Source: Octopus sinensis
Taxonomy: Eukaryota
Direction: 5' to 3'
Length of the DNA: 64,000 nucleotides
Assembly: GCF_006345805.1 (NCBI RefSeq)
Contig: NC_042997.1
Location: 79,794,001 to 79,858,000, forward strand
The notes under the pieces are model-generated. The model saw nothing but the letters and a program-made list of their open reading frames with translations, was not told the origin of the DNA and searched no databases. Position 1 is the stretch's first letter; each line of letters begins with the position of its first letter. The position numbers and the translations under genes are program-made. Below, one piece after another: positions 12,045 through 24,019 of this stretch.

Positions 12045-12426
12045 TCTCTCTCTATATAAACGGCAGTTTGTCTGTGCGTTTTTCTGTGTGTCTGTTTGCT
12101 TGTACCCTCACCCTGACCACGGCTTTCAACCGATTCTGATGAAACTTGACACACACATAGCCCAATGTCATAATTCAAAACTAACGCAGCGAAAATTTTG
12201 AAAAGTTCCCCAGTTCTGAAAAAAATCGATAAATTCGACATGGGGTCGAGAATCAGAAACACAAACCGCAAACTGTCTAGGGGACGCAACTCCACCTTTT
12301 TTTACTCTCAAAAAAATTTACCATCATTTTTTTCCATTTTTTGGCTATTTTTTGGCTATAACTCTCTAAAAATGCTTTATAGTTATTTCCCTTACAAACC
12401 TGAGCAACGCCGGGCGATACTGCTAG
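12045..12426 (+). mobile_element. Non-autonomous Helitron
   Basis: 5' A|TC(tc)n-tatataaa start; 3' hairpin cctgagcaacgccggg followed by CTAG|T. Confidence 0.75.
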
Positions 12427-12476
12427 TATATATACAAATATGTACTTTCATGGTGTTCAATCATATAATATATATA

Positions 12477-13617
12477 TCATCATCATCATCGTTTAACATC
12501 CATTTTCCATGCTAGCATGGGTTGGACGGTTCGACCGGGGTCTGGGAAGCCAGGAGGCTGCACCAGGCTCCAGTCTGATCTGGTAGTGTTTCTACAGCTG
12601 GATGCCCTTCCTAACACCAACCACTCCGTGAGTGTGGTAGGTGAGTTTTACATGCCACCGGCACAGGTGCCAGGGTAGGCTGGCAACGGCCACAAACGGT
12701 TGGTGCTTTTTCCGTGCCAGTGGAGGCTGGCAACAGCCACGATCGGTTGGTGCTTTTTACGTGCCAGAAGCCAGTCAAGGCATCGCTGGCATCGGCCACG
12801 TACGGACGGTGCATTTTACATGCCACCGGCACAGGTATTGCAACAACAATTTCCATTTGATTTTTGATGCTGACGTTCATGACTCAATAGGTCTCCTCAA
12901 GCACAGCAGGTCACCCTACGATTCAAGGCACTTTGGAAGGGCTGGGGCTTCTATGTGAAGCTGGTGCAGGAAACAGCCATGAACTCACATTATTTGTCGG
13001 GTCTTCACAGTCACAGCATATCTCCAGAGGTCTTGGTCTTCCGTCATTGCCTCTGTGAGACCCAACGTTTGAAGATCATGCTTGACCACCTCATCCCATG
13101 TCTTCCTGGGTCTGCCTCTACCCCAGATTCCTTCAACTGTTTGGGAGTGGTACTTCTTCACACATCTCTCCTCATCCATCCATAGTACATGACCATACCA
13201 GCGCAGATGTCTCTCTTGCACACCACATCCAATGTTTCTTATGTCCAGCATTTCTCTCAGGGCACTTACACTCTGCCATGTATGCACACTGACATTACAC
13301 ATCCAGCGGATCATGCTAGCTTCATTTCTTTCAAGCCTACGCATATCCTCTGCAGTCACAGCCCATGTTTCACTACCGTGAAGCATGGCTGTTCGCACAC
13401 ATGCGTCGTACAATCTACTTTTCACTCTGAGTGAGAGACCTTTTGTCACTAGTAGGGATAGAAGCTTTCTGAACTTTGCCCAGGCGATTCTTATTCTAGT
13501 GGTAACTCTCTCTGAGCACCCATTCCCACTACTAACTTGGTCACCTAGGTAGCAGAAACTATCGACTACTTCTAGTTTCTCCCCTAGGAGTGTAATGGAA
13601 TCTGTTTTCTGAGTATC
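12477..13617 (-). mobile_element. 5'-truncated RTE-type LINE
   Basis: ORF 12985-13653 ([32 protein letters not shown]) plus 3' UTR and (GAT)n tail. Confidence 0.9.
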
Positions 13618-13618
13618 T

Positions 13619-13811
13619 GGCCACAGGGGGCTAAACATAGAGGGGACAAACAAGGAGAGACAAAAGGATTAAGTCGATTACATTGACCCCAGTGCGTAAC
13701 TGGTACTTATTTAATCAAACGCAAAGTCGACCTTGGCAGAATTTGAACTCAGAACATAACAACAGATGGAATACCACTAAGCATTTTGCCCGGCATGCTA
13801 ACAATTCTGCC
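13619..13811 (-). mobile_element. tRNA-derived SINE (octopus OK/OR2-like), partial
   Basis: Same family as 35088-35310 and 54903-55130. B box gagttcaaattc on the minus strand. Confidence 0.7.
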
Positions 13812-13832
13812 ATATATATATATATATATATG

Positions 13833-13907
<75 letters not shown>

Positions 13908-13908
13908 G

Positions 13909-13955
<47 letters not shown>

Positions 13956-14084
13956 GTATATGTATATATGTATGTATGTATGTATATGTATATATATATG
14001 TATATGTATGTATGTATATGTATATATATATGTATATGTATATGTATATATATATATGTGTATATGTATGTATATATATATATA

Positions 14085-14655
14085 ATGTGCTGGTATGGTC
14101 ATGTACTACGGATGGATGAGGAGAGATGTGTGAAGGAGTGCCGCTCCCAAACAGTTGAAGGAATCCATGGTAGAGGTAGACCCAGGAAGACATGGGATGA
14201 GGTGGTCAAGCATGACCTTCGAACGTTGGGTCTCACAGAGGCAATGATGGAAGACTGAGACCTCTGGAGATATGCTGTGACCGTGAAGACCCGACAAATA
14301 ATGTGAGTTCATGGCTGTTTCCTGCACCAGGTTCACATAGAAGCCCCAGCCCTTCCAAAGTGCCTTGGATTGCAGAACGGCCTGCTGTACTTACCTTAAA
14401 TCGTAGGGCAACCTGCTGTGCTTGAGTGAAGTACATCAGCATCAAAAAATCAAATGGAAATTGTTGTTGTGATACCTGTGCCGGTGGCACGTAAAAAGCA
14501 CCCACTACACTCACGGAGTTAGGAAGGGCATCCAGCTGTAGAAACCCAGCCAGATCAGACTGGAGCTTGGTGCAGCGTCCTGGCTTCCCAGACCCCGGTC
14601 GAACCGTCCAACTCATGCTAGCATGGAAAACAGACGTTAAACGATGATGATGATA
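14085..14655 (+). mobile_element. 5'-truncated RTE-type LINE 3' end
   Basis: Encodes [15 protein letters not shown]...[17 protein letters not shown], followed by 3' UTR and gatgatgat tail running into (TA)n. Confidence 0.85.
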
Positions 14656-14657
14656 TG

Positions 14658-14691
<34 letters not shown>

Positions 14692-14736
14692 CATACATAC
14701 ATATGTATATATATATATATACATATGTATGTTGTG

Positions 14737-14778
<42 letters not shown>

Positions 14779-14864
14779 TATAATAATATATTGATGGAAT
14801 ATTATTCCAATCTTACAGGGAAAAATTCAATTTAGAAATACTAAATCAAATTTCACAAAATATG

Positions 14865-15167
14865 ATATATATATAAATTAGAAAAAAACACCTTTTATCA
14901 ATTCAAAATGAAAAATTTTATTACATCATCTAGAAAATAACATATAATAGAAATATTAAATATAAGATAAAAAATAATATACTGATGATTAAGTAATGTG
15001 AGAAATAATAACTACGTTTTATTTATTATTTTGCACATTACTTAATCTTCAGTATATTATTTTTATCTTATATTTAATATTTCTATTATATGTAATTTTC
15101 TAGATGGTGTAATTTAATTTTTTATTTTGAATTGATAAAAGGTGGTTTTCTCTAATTTATATATATA

Positions 15168-15170
<3 letters not shown>
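14865..15170. repeat. AT-rich imperfect palindrome (about 145-bp arms) in a Penelope-like remnant (14776-15170)
   Basis: Arms centred near 15015. The 14776-14890 portion matches the reverse complement of 51005-51105. Confidence 0.75.
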
Positions 15171-15225
<55 letters not shown>

Positions 15226-15325
15226 AGAGTAAACACATAAATGTGAAACAAGGTGGAAAAAAGAGTACTCAAATACTAGTGGTAGAGTAATATGTTTTAT
15301 TTAAAGCAGCAGAAAATTCAACAAA

Positions 15326-15367
15326 ACCTGTTACTCTGAGTTTCACATTCCCGTTCGTCGGACAGTT
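15326..15367 (-). ncRNA. Minimal hammerhead ribozyme motif within a short fold-back (15297-15428)
   Basis: Minus strand: ctgt-CCGACGA-ACG(ggaa)TGT-GAAA-CTCaGAG-TA-acag. Stem I ctgt/acag. The second arm repeats only the GAAA half. Confidence 0.6.
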
Positions 15368-15429
15368 TTTGTGGGAATGTGAAACTCAGAGTAACAGATT
15401 TTATTGAATTTTCTGCTGCTTTAAATAAA

Positions 15430-15511
<82 letters not shown>

Positions 15512-15512
15512 G

Positions 15513-15569
<57 letters not shown>

Positions 15570-15617
15570 ACATGTATGTATATATATATACATATGTATA
15601 TATATACATATGTATAT

Positions 15618-15649
<32 letters not shown>

Positions 15650-15913
15650 ACCATCTTATAATTAAGTGCTAAAGAAGGTTATTCAATAGCCAATACACTG
15701 ATTTATCCACTTATAATCCACTTGTTACAGGAAAATTGAACTGAAAGCGGGCAACTAACCTTTACAAAATTTAAATTTCATTATCTCTATATTGAATCAA
15801 TTTTGGAATTAATCCCTATAAAGGATATATTCTTCTTCAGTAGAGCTTACGAGGGAACATAAATAAAAAATCATCCTATATTGTTATATATATATATACA
15901 TATATATATATAT

Positions 15914-15962
<49 letters not shown>

Positions 15963-16216
15963 TACATATGTATATATATATATATATATTTATTTATATA
16001 TATGCATATATACATACATATATGTACATACATACATATACATGTATATATATATATATACATATCTGGGTACAGAATTTCACAGAATGTAAACAACAAG
16101 AAATATAAAGACATATTTGGGTATGCGAACGAGAGAAACAAGTTGTAAAGAAGACAAGTAACGTAAAGAACAACCCTTCATCGACTGTTTATTTACTCCA
16201 TATTTTGAGCAATTAC

Positions 16217-16260
<44 letters not shown>

Positions 16261-16263
<3 letters not shown>

Positions 16264-18513
16264 CAACAATTGAGGGCAAAATTAATTAATTATTAATCAA
16301 TTTCACCAAGTGTTCAGTATGCAAAGGGACCATTCAAGGCGAATTCAAATTATTACATTATATAAAAGGGCTTAGTAAAATAAATTACTTTGCCGCATAC
16401 TGAACTCATTAGAAATAGCAGCTAAAAAACTTTTTTAAGGCTATTTCTAATACTTAAAGAAAATCTCTCTCATATATAGTGTTTGCTTAATTCAACTCAC
16501 AAAAGTTTGGGGGTAAGGACATCGAAAAATCAAATGCTAAGGTTATTCGAGAACGTACGTTTCAAGATTAGTCAAAACAACATTTCTATCATTGGCTCAG
16601 AAATTCCTTGGTTTGGATTTGGAAACACTGAAAATAAGAACATACCCTTTCGAAGATCTGCTCCCAACTAACAGTGCCAACAAATTCAAAATAAGCAAGC
16701 GAAGAATCTTTGTTCTCCCCTTTCCACCAGCGTGGGTTGAAATCATCAAACACTATGCTTATTTCGGTAAAATCCGAAGTATTAATCAGAGGGAGATTAA
16801 TTATAATTTCAACAATTGAGGGCAAAATTAATTAATTATTAATCAATTTCACCAAGTGTTCAGTATGCAAAGGGACCATTCAAGGCGAATTCAAATTATT
16901 ACATTATATAAAAGGGCTTAGTAAAATAAATTACTTTGCCGCATACTGAACTCATTAGAAATAGCAGCTAAAAAACTTTTTTAAGGCTATTCTAATACTT
17001 AAAGAAAATCTCTCTCATATATAGTGTTTGCTTAATTCAACTCACAAAAGTTTGGGGGTAAGGACATCGAAAAATCAAATGCTAAGGTTATTCGAGAACG
17101 TACGTTTCAAGATTAGTCAAAACAACATTTCTATCATCGGCTCAGAAATTCCTTGGTTTGGATTTGGAAACACTGAAAATAAGAACATACCCTTTCGAAG
17201 ATCTGCTCCCAACTAACAGTGCCAACAATTCAAAATAAGCAAGCGAAGAATCTTTGTTCTCCCCTTTCCACCAGCGTGGGTTGAAATCATCAAACACTAT
17301 GCTTATTTCGGTAAAATCCGAAGTATTAATCAGAGGGAGATTAATTATAATTTCAACAATTGAGGGCAAAATTAATTAATTATTAATCAATTTCACCAAG
17401 TGTTCAGTATGCAAAGGGACCATTCAAGGCGAATTCAAATTATTACATTATAAAAGGGCTTAGTAAAATAAATTACTTTGCCGCATACTGAACTCATTAG
17501 AAATAGCAGCTAAAAAACTTTTTTAAGGCTATTTCTAATACTTAAAGAAAATCTCTCTCATATATAGTGTTTGCTTAATTCAACTCACAAAAGTTGGGGG
17601 TAAGGACATCGAAAAATCAAATGCTAAGGTTATTCGAGAACGTACGTTTCAAGATTAGTCAAAACAACATTTCTATCATCGGCTCAGAAATTCCTTGGTT
17701 TGGATTTGGAAACACTGAAAATAAGAACATACCCTTTCGAAGATCTGCTCCCAACTAACAGTGCCAACAAATTCAAAATAAGCAAGCGAAGAATCTTTGT
17801 TCTCCCCTTTCCACCACCAGCGTGGGTTGAAATCATCAAACACTATGCTTATTTCGGTAAAATCCGAAGTATTAATCAGAGGGAGATTAATTATAATTTC
17901 AACAATTGAGGGCAAAATAATTAATTATTAATCAATTTCACCAAGTGTTCAGTATGCAAAGGGACCATTCAAGGCGAATTCAAATTATTACATTATATAA
18001 AAGGGCTTAGTAAAATAAATTACTTTGCCGCATACTGAACTCATTAGAAATAGCAGCTAAAAAACTTTTTTAAGGCTATTTCTAATACTTAAGAAAATCT
18101 CTCTCATATATAGTGTTTGCTTAATTCAACTCACAAAAGTTTGGGGGTAAGGACATCGAAAAATCAAATGCTAAGGTTATTCGAGAACGTACGTTTCAAG
18201 ATTAGCCAAAACAACATTTCTATCATCGGCTCAGAAATTCCTTGGTTGGATTTGGAAACACTGAAAATAAGAACATACCCTTTCGAAGATCTGCTCCCAA
18301 CTAACAGTGCCAACAAATTCAAAATAAGCAAGCGAAGAATCTTTGTTCTCCCCTTTCCACCAGCGTGGGTTGAAATCATCAAACACTATGCTTATTTCGG
18401 TAAAATCCGAAGTATTAATCAGAGGGAGATTAATTATAATTTCAACAATTGAGGGCAAAATTATTAATTATTAATCAATTTCACCAAGTGTTCAGTATGC
18501 AAAGGGACCATTC

Positions 18514-18519
<6 letters not shown>
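16261..18519 (-). repeat. Tandem array of about 545-bp units (4 full plus about 80 bp), one hammerhead motif per unit; retrozyme-like
   Basis: Unit starts (tttcaacaattgaggg) at 16261, 16807, 17351, 17897 and 18440. Copies differ mostly by single indels. Both ends abut (TA)n. Confidence 0.9.
17091..17147 (-). ncRNA. Hammerhead motif of the 545-bp repeat (also 16546-16602, 17633-17689, 18180-18236)
   Basis: Minus strand: ttctgag-CCGATGA-tagaaatgttgttttgactaatctt-GAAA-CGTACG-TT-ctcgaa. Stem I 6 bp with a bulge, palindromic stem III, weak stem II. Copy 1 has CCAATGA. Confidence 0.5.
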
Positions 18520-18566
<47 letters not shown>

Positions 18567-18644
18567 ATATATATGTATATATACATATATGTATATGTGT
18601 ATATATATTTATATATACATATATATATGTATGTATATATATAT

Positions 18645-19310
18645 TTAGCTGTTGCCTCCGCCATCACGTCACACTCCATGGCTTCCTCTTGAAGTTCCAC
18701 GCCACCACCTCCTCAATCCTTCACCTGCTTCCCCTCCCCCATCCCCTACATCCTCCCCTCCAGCTCCCCTGACTCCCTCCTATCCCGCACCCACCCCCTT
18801 CTCCCTGCCCCATCCACATACCCACACACACCCCACCCTGACCTTCCTACGCCTACCCCATCATCACCCAACCATCCCAACTCTCTTCCCCACACCTCTG
18901 CACCCCACCTTCCTGACCCTACTCATCCCACCACCCTGCTTCCTCACACAGTTGTCACTATACCACCCAATCTCCCACTCTCCGCTGCCAAGTGCTCTCT
19001 CCTCAGTAAGGGATTCCACTTCACGCCTGTCACGCGCCACTGTGACGAATTTGAGACACAGACCGACGTCAACCAGTTCCTGCACCGCCTCAAACTTTGC
19101 GAGGTCTTTCAAAATGTGACCTCGTGTGCACCGTTGGCGATTTTTTTTCCTCTGTCTTCTCTTCTCTGGATCTTTCCTTCTCCTATGTTTCCGACGAAGA
19201 GCTCCGCTCAAAACGTTAAACCCTCCTTCTTTCCTGAGCGTCCAATAATACTATATTTGTTCCACATCCTTGTGTTGTTGTGTTTTTTTGTGCTTTCTTG
19301 TTTGGATTAA
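18645..19310 (+). mobile_element. Internally deleted Penelope-like element (ORF N-terminus fused to pLTR)
   Basis: Manual translation gives [16 protein letters not shown] and VVTIPPNLPLSAAKCSLLSKGFHFTPVTRHCDEFETQTDVNQFLHRLKLCEVF, matching the PLE N-terminal LSKGLxFxP...FxRxLRLxE pattern. It then runs directly into the 19116-19310 terminal repeat with CCGACGA...CAAAA. Confidence 0.75.
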
Positions 19311-19339
19311 CTTTATATTTATATATACATATATATATG

Positions 19340-19370
<31 letters not shown>

Positions 19371-19423
19371 GTATTTATATATACATATATATATGTATGT
19401 ATATATATATATATGTATATATG

Positions 19424-19456
<33 letters not shown>

Positions 19457-19475
19457 GTATATCTATATATATACA

Positions 19476-19527
<52 letters not shown>

Positions 19528-19554
19528 TATCTATATATATACATGTGCATATAT

Positions 19555-19586
<32 letters not shown>

Positions 19587-19994
19587 CACATACGTCTGAC
19601 TTTGTGCGGACATCCTAGTATATAGTTCTGCAAATTATATTTATTTGGACAGTCACACTGAAGATCTACGGACATTTACGTAAGTAAAATTACGTAATAT
19701 GTTGATAACATGTATGTGAATAATCCATATTTTTATTGCTTTTCTTTTGTCTTGCTCTATTACGTTTTGGTTTGCTAAATTTTTCTTGAGAACATTTCTT
19801 AGTGGTAAGACTATAGCTGATCTACTTCTAGCATAAGGGTTGTCCATATAGTGGTCATCCCTCTCATATGAATATAATACAATTTTACTGAACCTTCAGA
19901 TTTTTATATGCTAGACCACTGGTGTGAACTGGATGTTAAATTAATATCAAATTTCTCACCCTCATTTTAAATTTATATTTATATATATGTGTGT

Positions 19995-20032
<38 letters not shown>

Positions 20033-21769
20033 ATGTATATATATGTATATGAAAGAAGGTTTGAAAATGCAATTTTAAAGATGTTTATTTACTTGATCGG
20101 TTCCACTTTTTTAGAAAAAGATTGTCAAAAGTAAAATATAAAGTTATGTATAAGCTTTATTGTGTTAAGTACTGGTTGTCACAAAAGTATTAAAATACAT
20201 ATGTACATTCTTTGATAAGAAGAAAATATCAATAACAGTTTACAAGAAAATATTTGAGAAAATATTCAACAAAAAGTATTAGGACTACAATAAAAATCAT
20301 GTTTGTTTGGTAGTATATATATATACAGATGGAGATATATTTAAGAGTTTACAAAGAATTTGAGATGAACAAACCTGTTTTCTCAGCATTTTTTATTTTG
20401 TGTGTAGCTAAGGGTTGTTTGCTATTTTAAGGGACAGTGTGGGGGTTGGTTGGGGTGGGGGAAGGGAGAGCAATATGGAATTAAAAGGAACTTTTTTGTT
20501 TCTGGACTAGTCTGTCATGGTTCAGTGGTTTTGGGGACTGGTCTTAGAGGTCAGAATGGTGTGAGTGTGTGTGTCTCTGTGTACGTCAAGAAGATATACA
20601 TTGTTACAGACTCTGCCTGTCACTGATGTTTTGTTTTTATGGGGTCAGTTTTAATTTATAGACTAGTTTATCAAATCCTTGTATATAAAAGGCTGAGAGA
20701 ACAAAGGGCAATATCTGTTAGGGATAGGGCTGAGGGAACAGACAGAAATCATAGTTGGTATAGTTATAAAAATCAAGATTTATGAGAAGCAATATCATGA
20801 GGTTTGGTAAAGGAAAACTTAAAACAAGATGTTAGCTGACAATTAAGGGGGCCGCCCACTAGCAGACCATTGATAATGAAACAGGGGAAGTCTTATCATG
20901 TAGTACTATAGTTAAATATTTTAAACAATGTTGCTATATTGTATACAGTTAAAGATTAGGGTTATTCAGAGGATTATTAAGGAGAATATTATAATAAAAT
21001 GATAGAAATTTATGAATACTTTTTCCACAATAGTGGGAGGAAAAGAAATTATCCAGAAATAGTTTAATATTTATACATATTTTACACTTAAATATTAACT
21101 CATCAGATTGTATCTGTGAATATTGATTAATTGGTATATACTGGTATTAATAAAGGGGTATTGAGATAAAAGAACATGCTAATTATATATTAATAAAAAT
21201 AAAATTATAATCTAAGCAGTTTTTTTTATATAAGTAGCGAATATACCAGTATAGTTTTAAATAAGCTAAGTATAAATTTATAGAGATACAAAAATTAGAT
21301 TAATTTTATAAATAAATAAAGGCTAATTATAAAATAATAAAGAAAAGAAAATAATCAAGTAGGGCAGAACACTATAGAAAAGGAATTACGAATACTATGG
21401 TAAAGTATATGTAGCTTATGAACACCAATAGATAAGATTTATAGAAAAAGTATAATAAATCAAAATATATTAGACTAAAACTTATATATATATATATGTG
21501 TGTGTGTATGTATATCTTCTTGATAACTTAGTAATTTCTACGCTGGAGTGGAGACAGCATGTTCTTTGTCTATCTCCTTAATCTCTTGGAGATTTTAGGA
21601 ATAATTATACTAATGTGTCCATCTGTTCTAATTTAATTAAATTCTATGTCTTTGTGCAGCTGAGGATTGCTCTGCATTTAAATTGATGTAATGATTGCAT
21701 TGTTCAATTAAATGGAGTTGCATGAAACGATCATACTGCATTACCTCTGGATATCCTTGTTGCTTATTT

Positions 21770-21799
<30 letters not shown>

Positions 21800-21808
<9 letters not shown>

Positions 21809-22704
21809 TGAAGTTGTGTGAGTGTCTGTCTCCTACGATTTAGATTCCTAACTACTCCCACATTTTGTGGTGCAGTTTAACCAAATTCGGGTATATTATA
21901 GTCGTGATTCATATCGAGCCCGTCTGGGTATTAGCACGCGTCTATGATGAGTCTACGATTTTAAAAATAATTTACCATAATTTTTTTCCATTTTAAAGCA
22001 TATTTTTTTGGGTTCTTCCAATTTTTTCATGTGTCGATGGCGGCGGAGTTGGCGTCCATGCTCACACCTGCACCTGTGTTGCTTCTCCCCCTTCTTCCCT
22101 CCCTCGTGAAGCTGTGGGGAAGCAGGGTAGGGAAATCAACGTCGTAAAGCTTTGTCAAGATCAGCATTCTTTAGAACAACTTCATGGCTTGAAGTCGCCA
22201 AAACAGAAATCGCTAAAAAAGCTGAAACAGATCCACAAAAACGGCAAAAACTGCCACACAGGGCAGGTTTCCTGTGCAAACAATTTGCACAATCGAATGT
22301 TTTAGTTGTTGCACAAATCTTTATATATAAAAGTGAAGTTGTGTGTCTGTCTCCTACGATTTAGATTCCTAACTACTCCCACATTTTGCGGTGCAGTTTA
22401 ACCAAAACCGGGTATCTTATAGTCGTGACTCATATCGAGCCCTTCTGGGTATTAGCGCGCATCTACGATGAGTCTACGATTTTAAAAAAAATTTACCATC
22501 ATTTTTTCCATTTTAATGCATTTTTTCGCTATTATATAAGGGAAGTAACTCTCTAAAAATGTCTACGATGAGTCAACGATTTAAAAAAAAATTACCATCA
22601 TTTTTTATTCCATTTTTAATGCATTTTTTTTGCTATAACTCTCTAAAAATGCTTATATAGTTATTTCCCTTACAAACCCGAGCAACGCCGGGCGATACTG
22701 CTAG
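21800..22704 (+). mobile_element. Composite non-autonomous Helitron (two 5' ends, one 3' end)
   Basis: 5' motif tatataaaagtgaagttgtgtg occurs at about 21800 and again after A|TC at 22318. Single 3' hairpin cccgagcaacgccggg plus CTAG (22701-22704). Confidence 0.75.
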
Positions 22705-22715
22705 TATATATATAT

Positions 22716-23766
22716 ATTATCATCATCATCATCATCATCATCGTTTAACGTCCGTTTTCCGCGCTAGCACGGGTTGGACGGTTCGACCGGGGTCTGGAAA
22801 GCCAGGGGCCGCTCCAGGCTCCAGTCTGATTTGGCAGAGTTTCTACGGCTGGATGCCCTTCCTAACGCCAACCACTCCGTGAGTGGATTGGGTGCTTTTT
22901 ACGTGCCACCTGCACAGGGGCCGGGGGGTCCGGCATTGGTCGCGATCGGTTCGAGCTTTTAATGTGCCAGCGGCACGGGGGCAACTGGGTCCGGGGTACT
23001 TTGGGGATCCGGGGTACTTTGGGGATCCGGGGTACTTTGAATGGGTAGGGGGTATGTGGAATTGCTGCAGAAAGCAGCCCGGGTCTTTGCAGTCACAGCA
23101 TATCTCCAGAGATCTCGGTCTTTCGCCATTGCCTCAGTGAGGCCCAATGCTCTGAGGTCATGCTTGACTACCTCATCCCATGTCTTCCTGGGTCTACCTC
23201 TCCCCCTGATACCTTCAACTGTTTGGGAGTGGCACTTCTTCACACATCTCTCTTCATCCATCCGCAGCACATGACCATACCATCGCAAGCGTCGCTCTTG
23301 CACACCACATCTGATGCTTCTTATATCCAGCATTTCTCTTAGGATGCTTACACTCTGTCTTGCGTGCACACTGACACTACACATCCAGCGGATCATGCTA
23401 GCTTCATTTCTTTCAAGTCTACGCATGTCCTCTGCAGTCACTGCCCATGTTTCATTACTGTGAAGCATGGCAGTTCGCACACATGCATCATACAATCTAC
23501 CTTTCGCTCTGAGGGAGAGACCTTTTGTTGCCAGTAGGGGTAGGAGCTTTCTGAACTTTGCCCAGGCTATTCGTATTCTAGTGGTGATATTCTCTGTGCA
23601 TCCACCTCCGCTACTAACTTGGTCACCCAGGTAGCGGAAACTATCAACTACTTCTAGTTTCTCTCCCTGGAGTGTGATGGAATCTGTTTTCTGAGTGTCT
23701 GTTGTGTCTATTGTCCCTGTGCATCTGCCGCACATGAAAGCTATCTTATCTGTTAATTTCCCTTTA

Positions 23767-23768
<2 letters not shown>
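22716..23768 (-). mobile_element. 5'-truncated RTE-type LINE (young)
   Basis: Uninterrupted RT C-terminal frame within ORF 22959-23930 (FMCGRCTG...DSFRYLGD...GRGRPRKTW), 3' UTR and (GAT)n tail. Confidence 0.9.
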
Positions 23769-23811
<43 letters not shown>

Positions 23812-24019
23812 GTGAAATAGAAAGATGAATAATCTTGTAGTAGATTAATCAAAAGTTTAACCGATACCTTAGTAGCAAAAATCACAGCAGTAAACAGCAC
23901 GGTTGGAGGTACAACCATCTGGCGTTGCAACCGTGCGTTGGTGCGGATAATTGAAATTAAAACATTATTGGTGAATTGAAGAAATGGAGCTGAACGCAGA
24001 TTGAACAGAAATCGTTTTA

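Noticed and set aside
14982-15052. CTGATGA / TCTTCAG at the centre of the 14.9-kb palindrome as a hammerhead
   Set aside because: No GAAA follows the closing of the hairpin on either strand.
16765-16796. Minus-strand CTGATTA...CCGAAA as a second hammerhead in the 545-bp unit
   Set aside because: G8 is missing, the ttcgg/ccgaa hairpin consumes the GAAA, and there is no stem III/UH.
16483-18458. Repeated 62-111 aa ORFs in the 545-bp array
   Set aside because: No recognisable domain; the frame differs between copies through single indels; better explained as a non-coding repeat.
9875-19675. Numerous YI/IY-rich ORFs in the supplied track
   Set aside because: They are translations of (TA)n/(TATG)n microsatellites, not genes.
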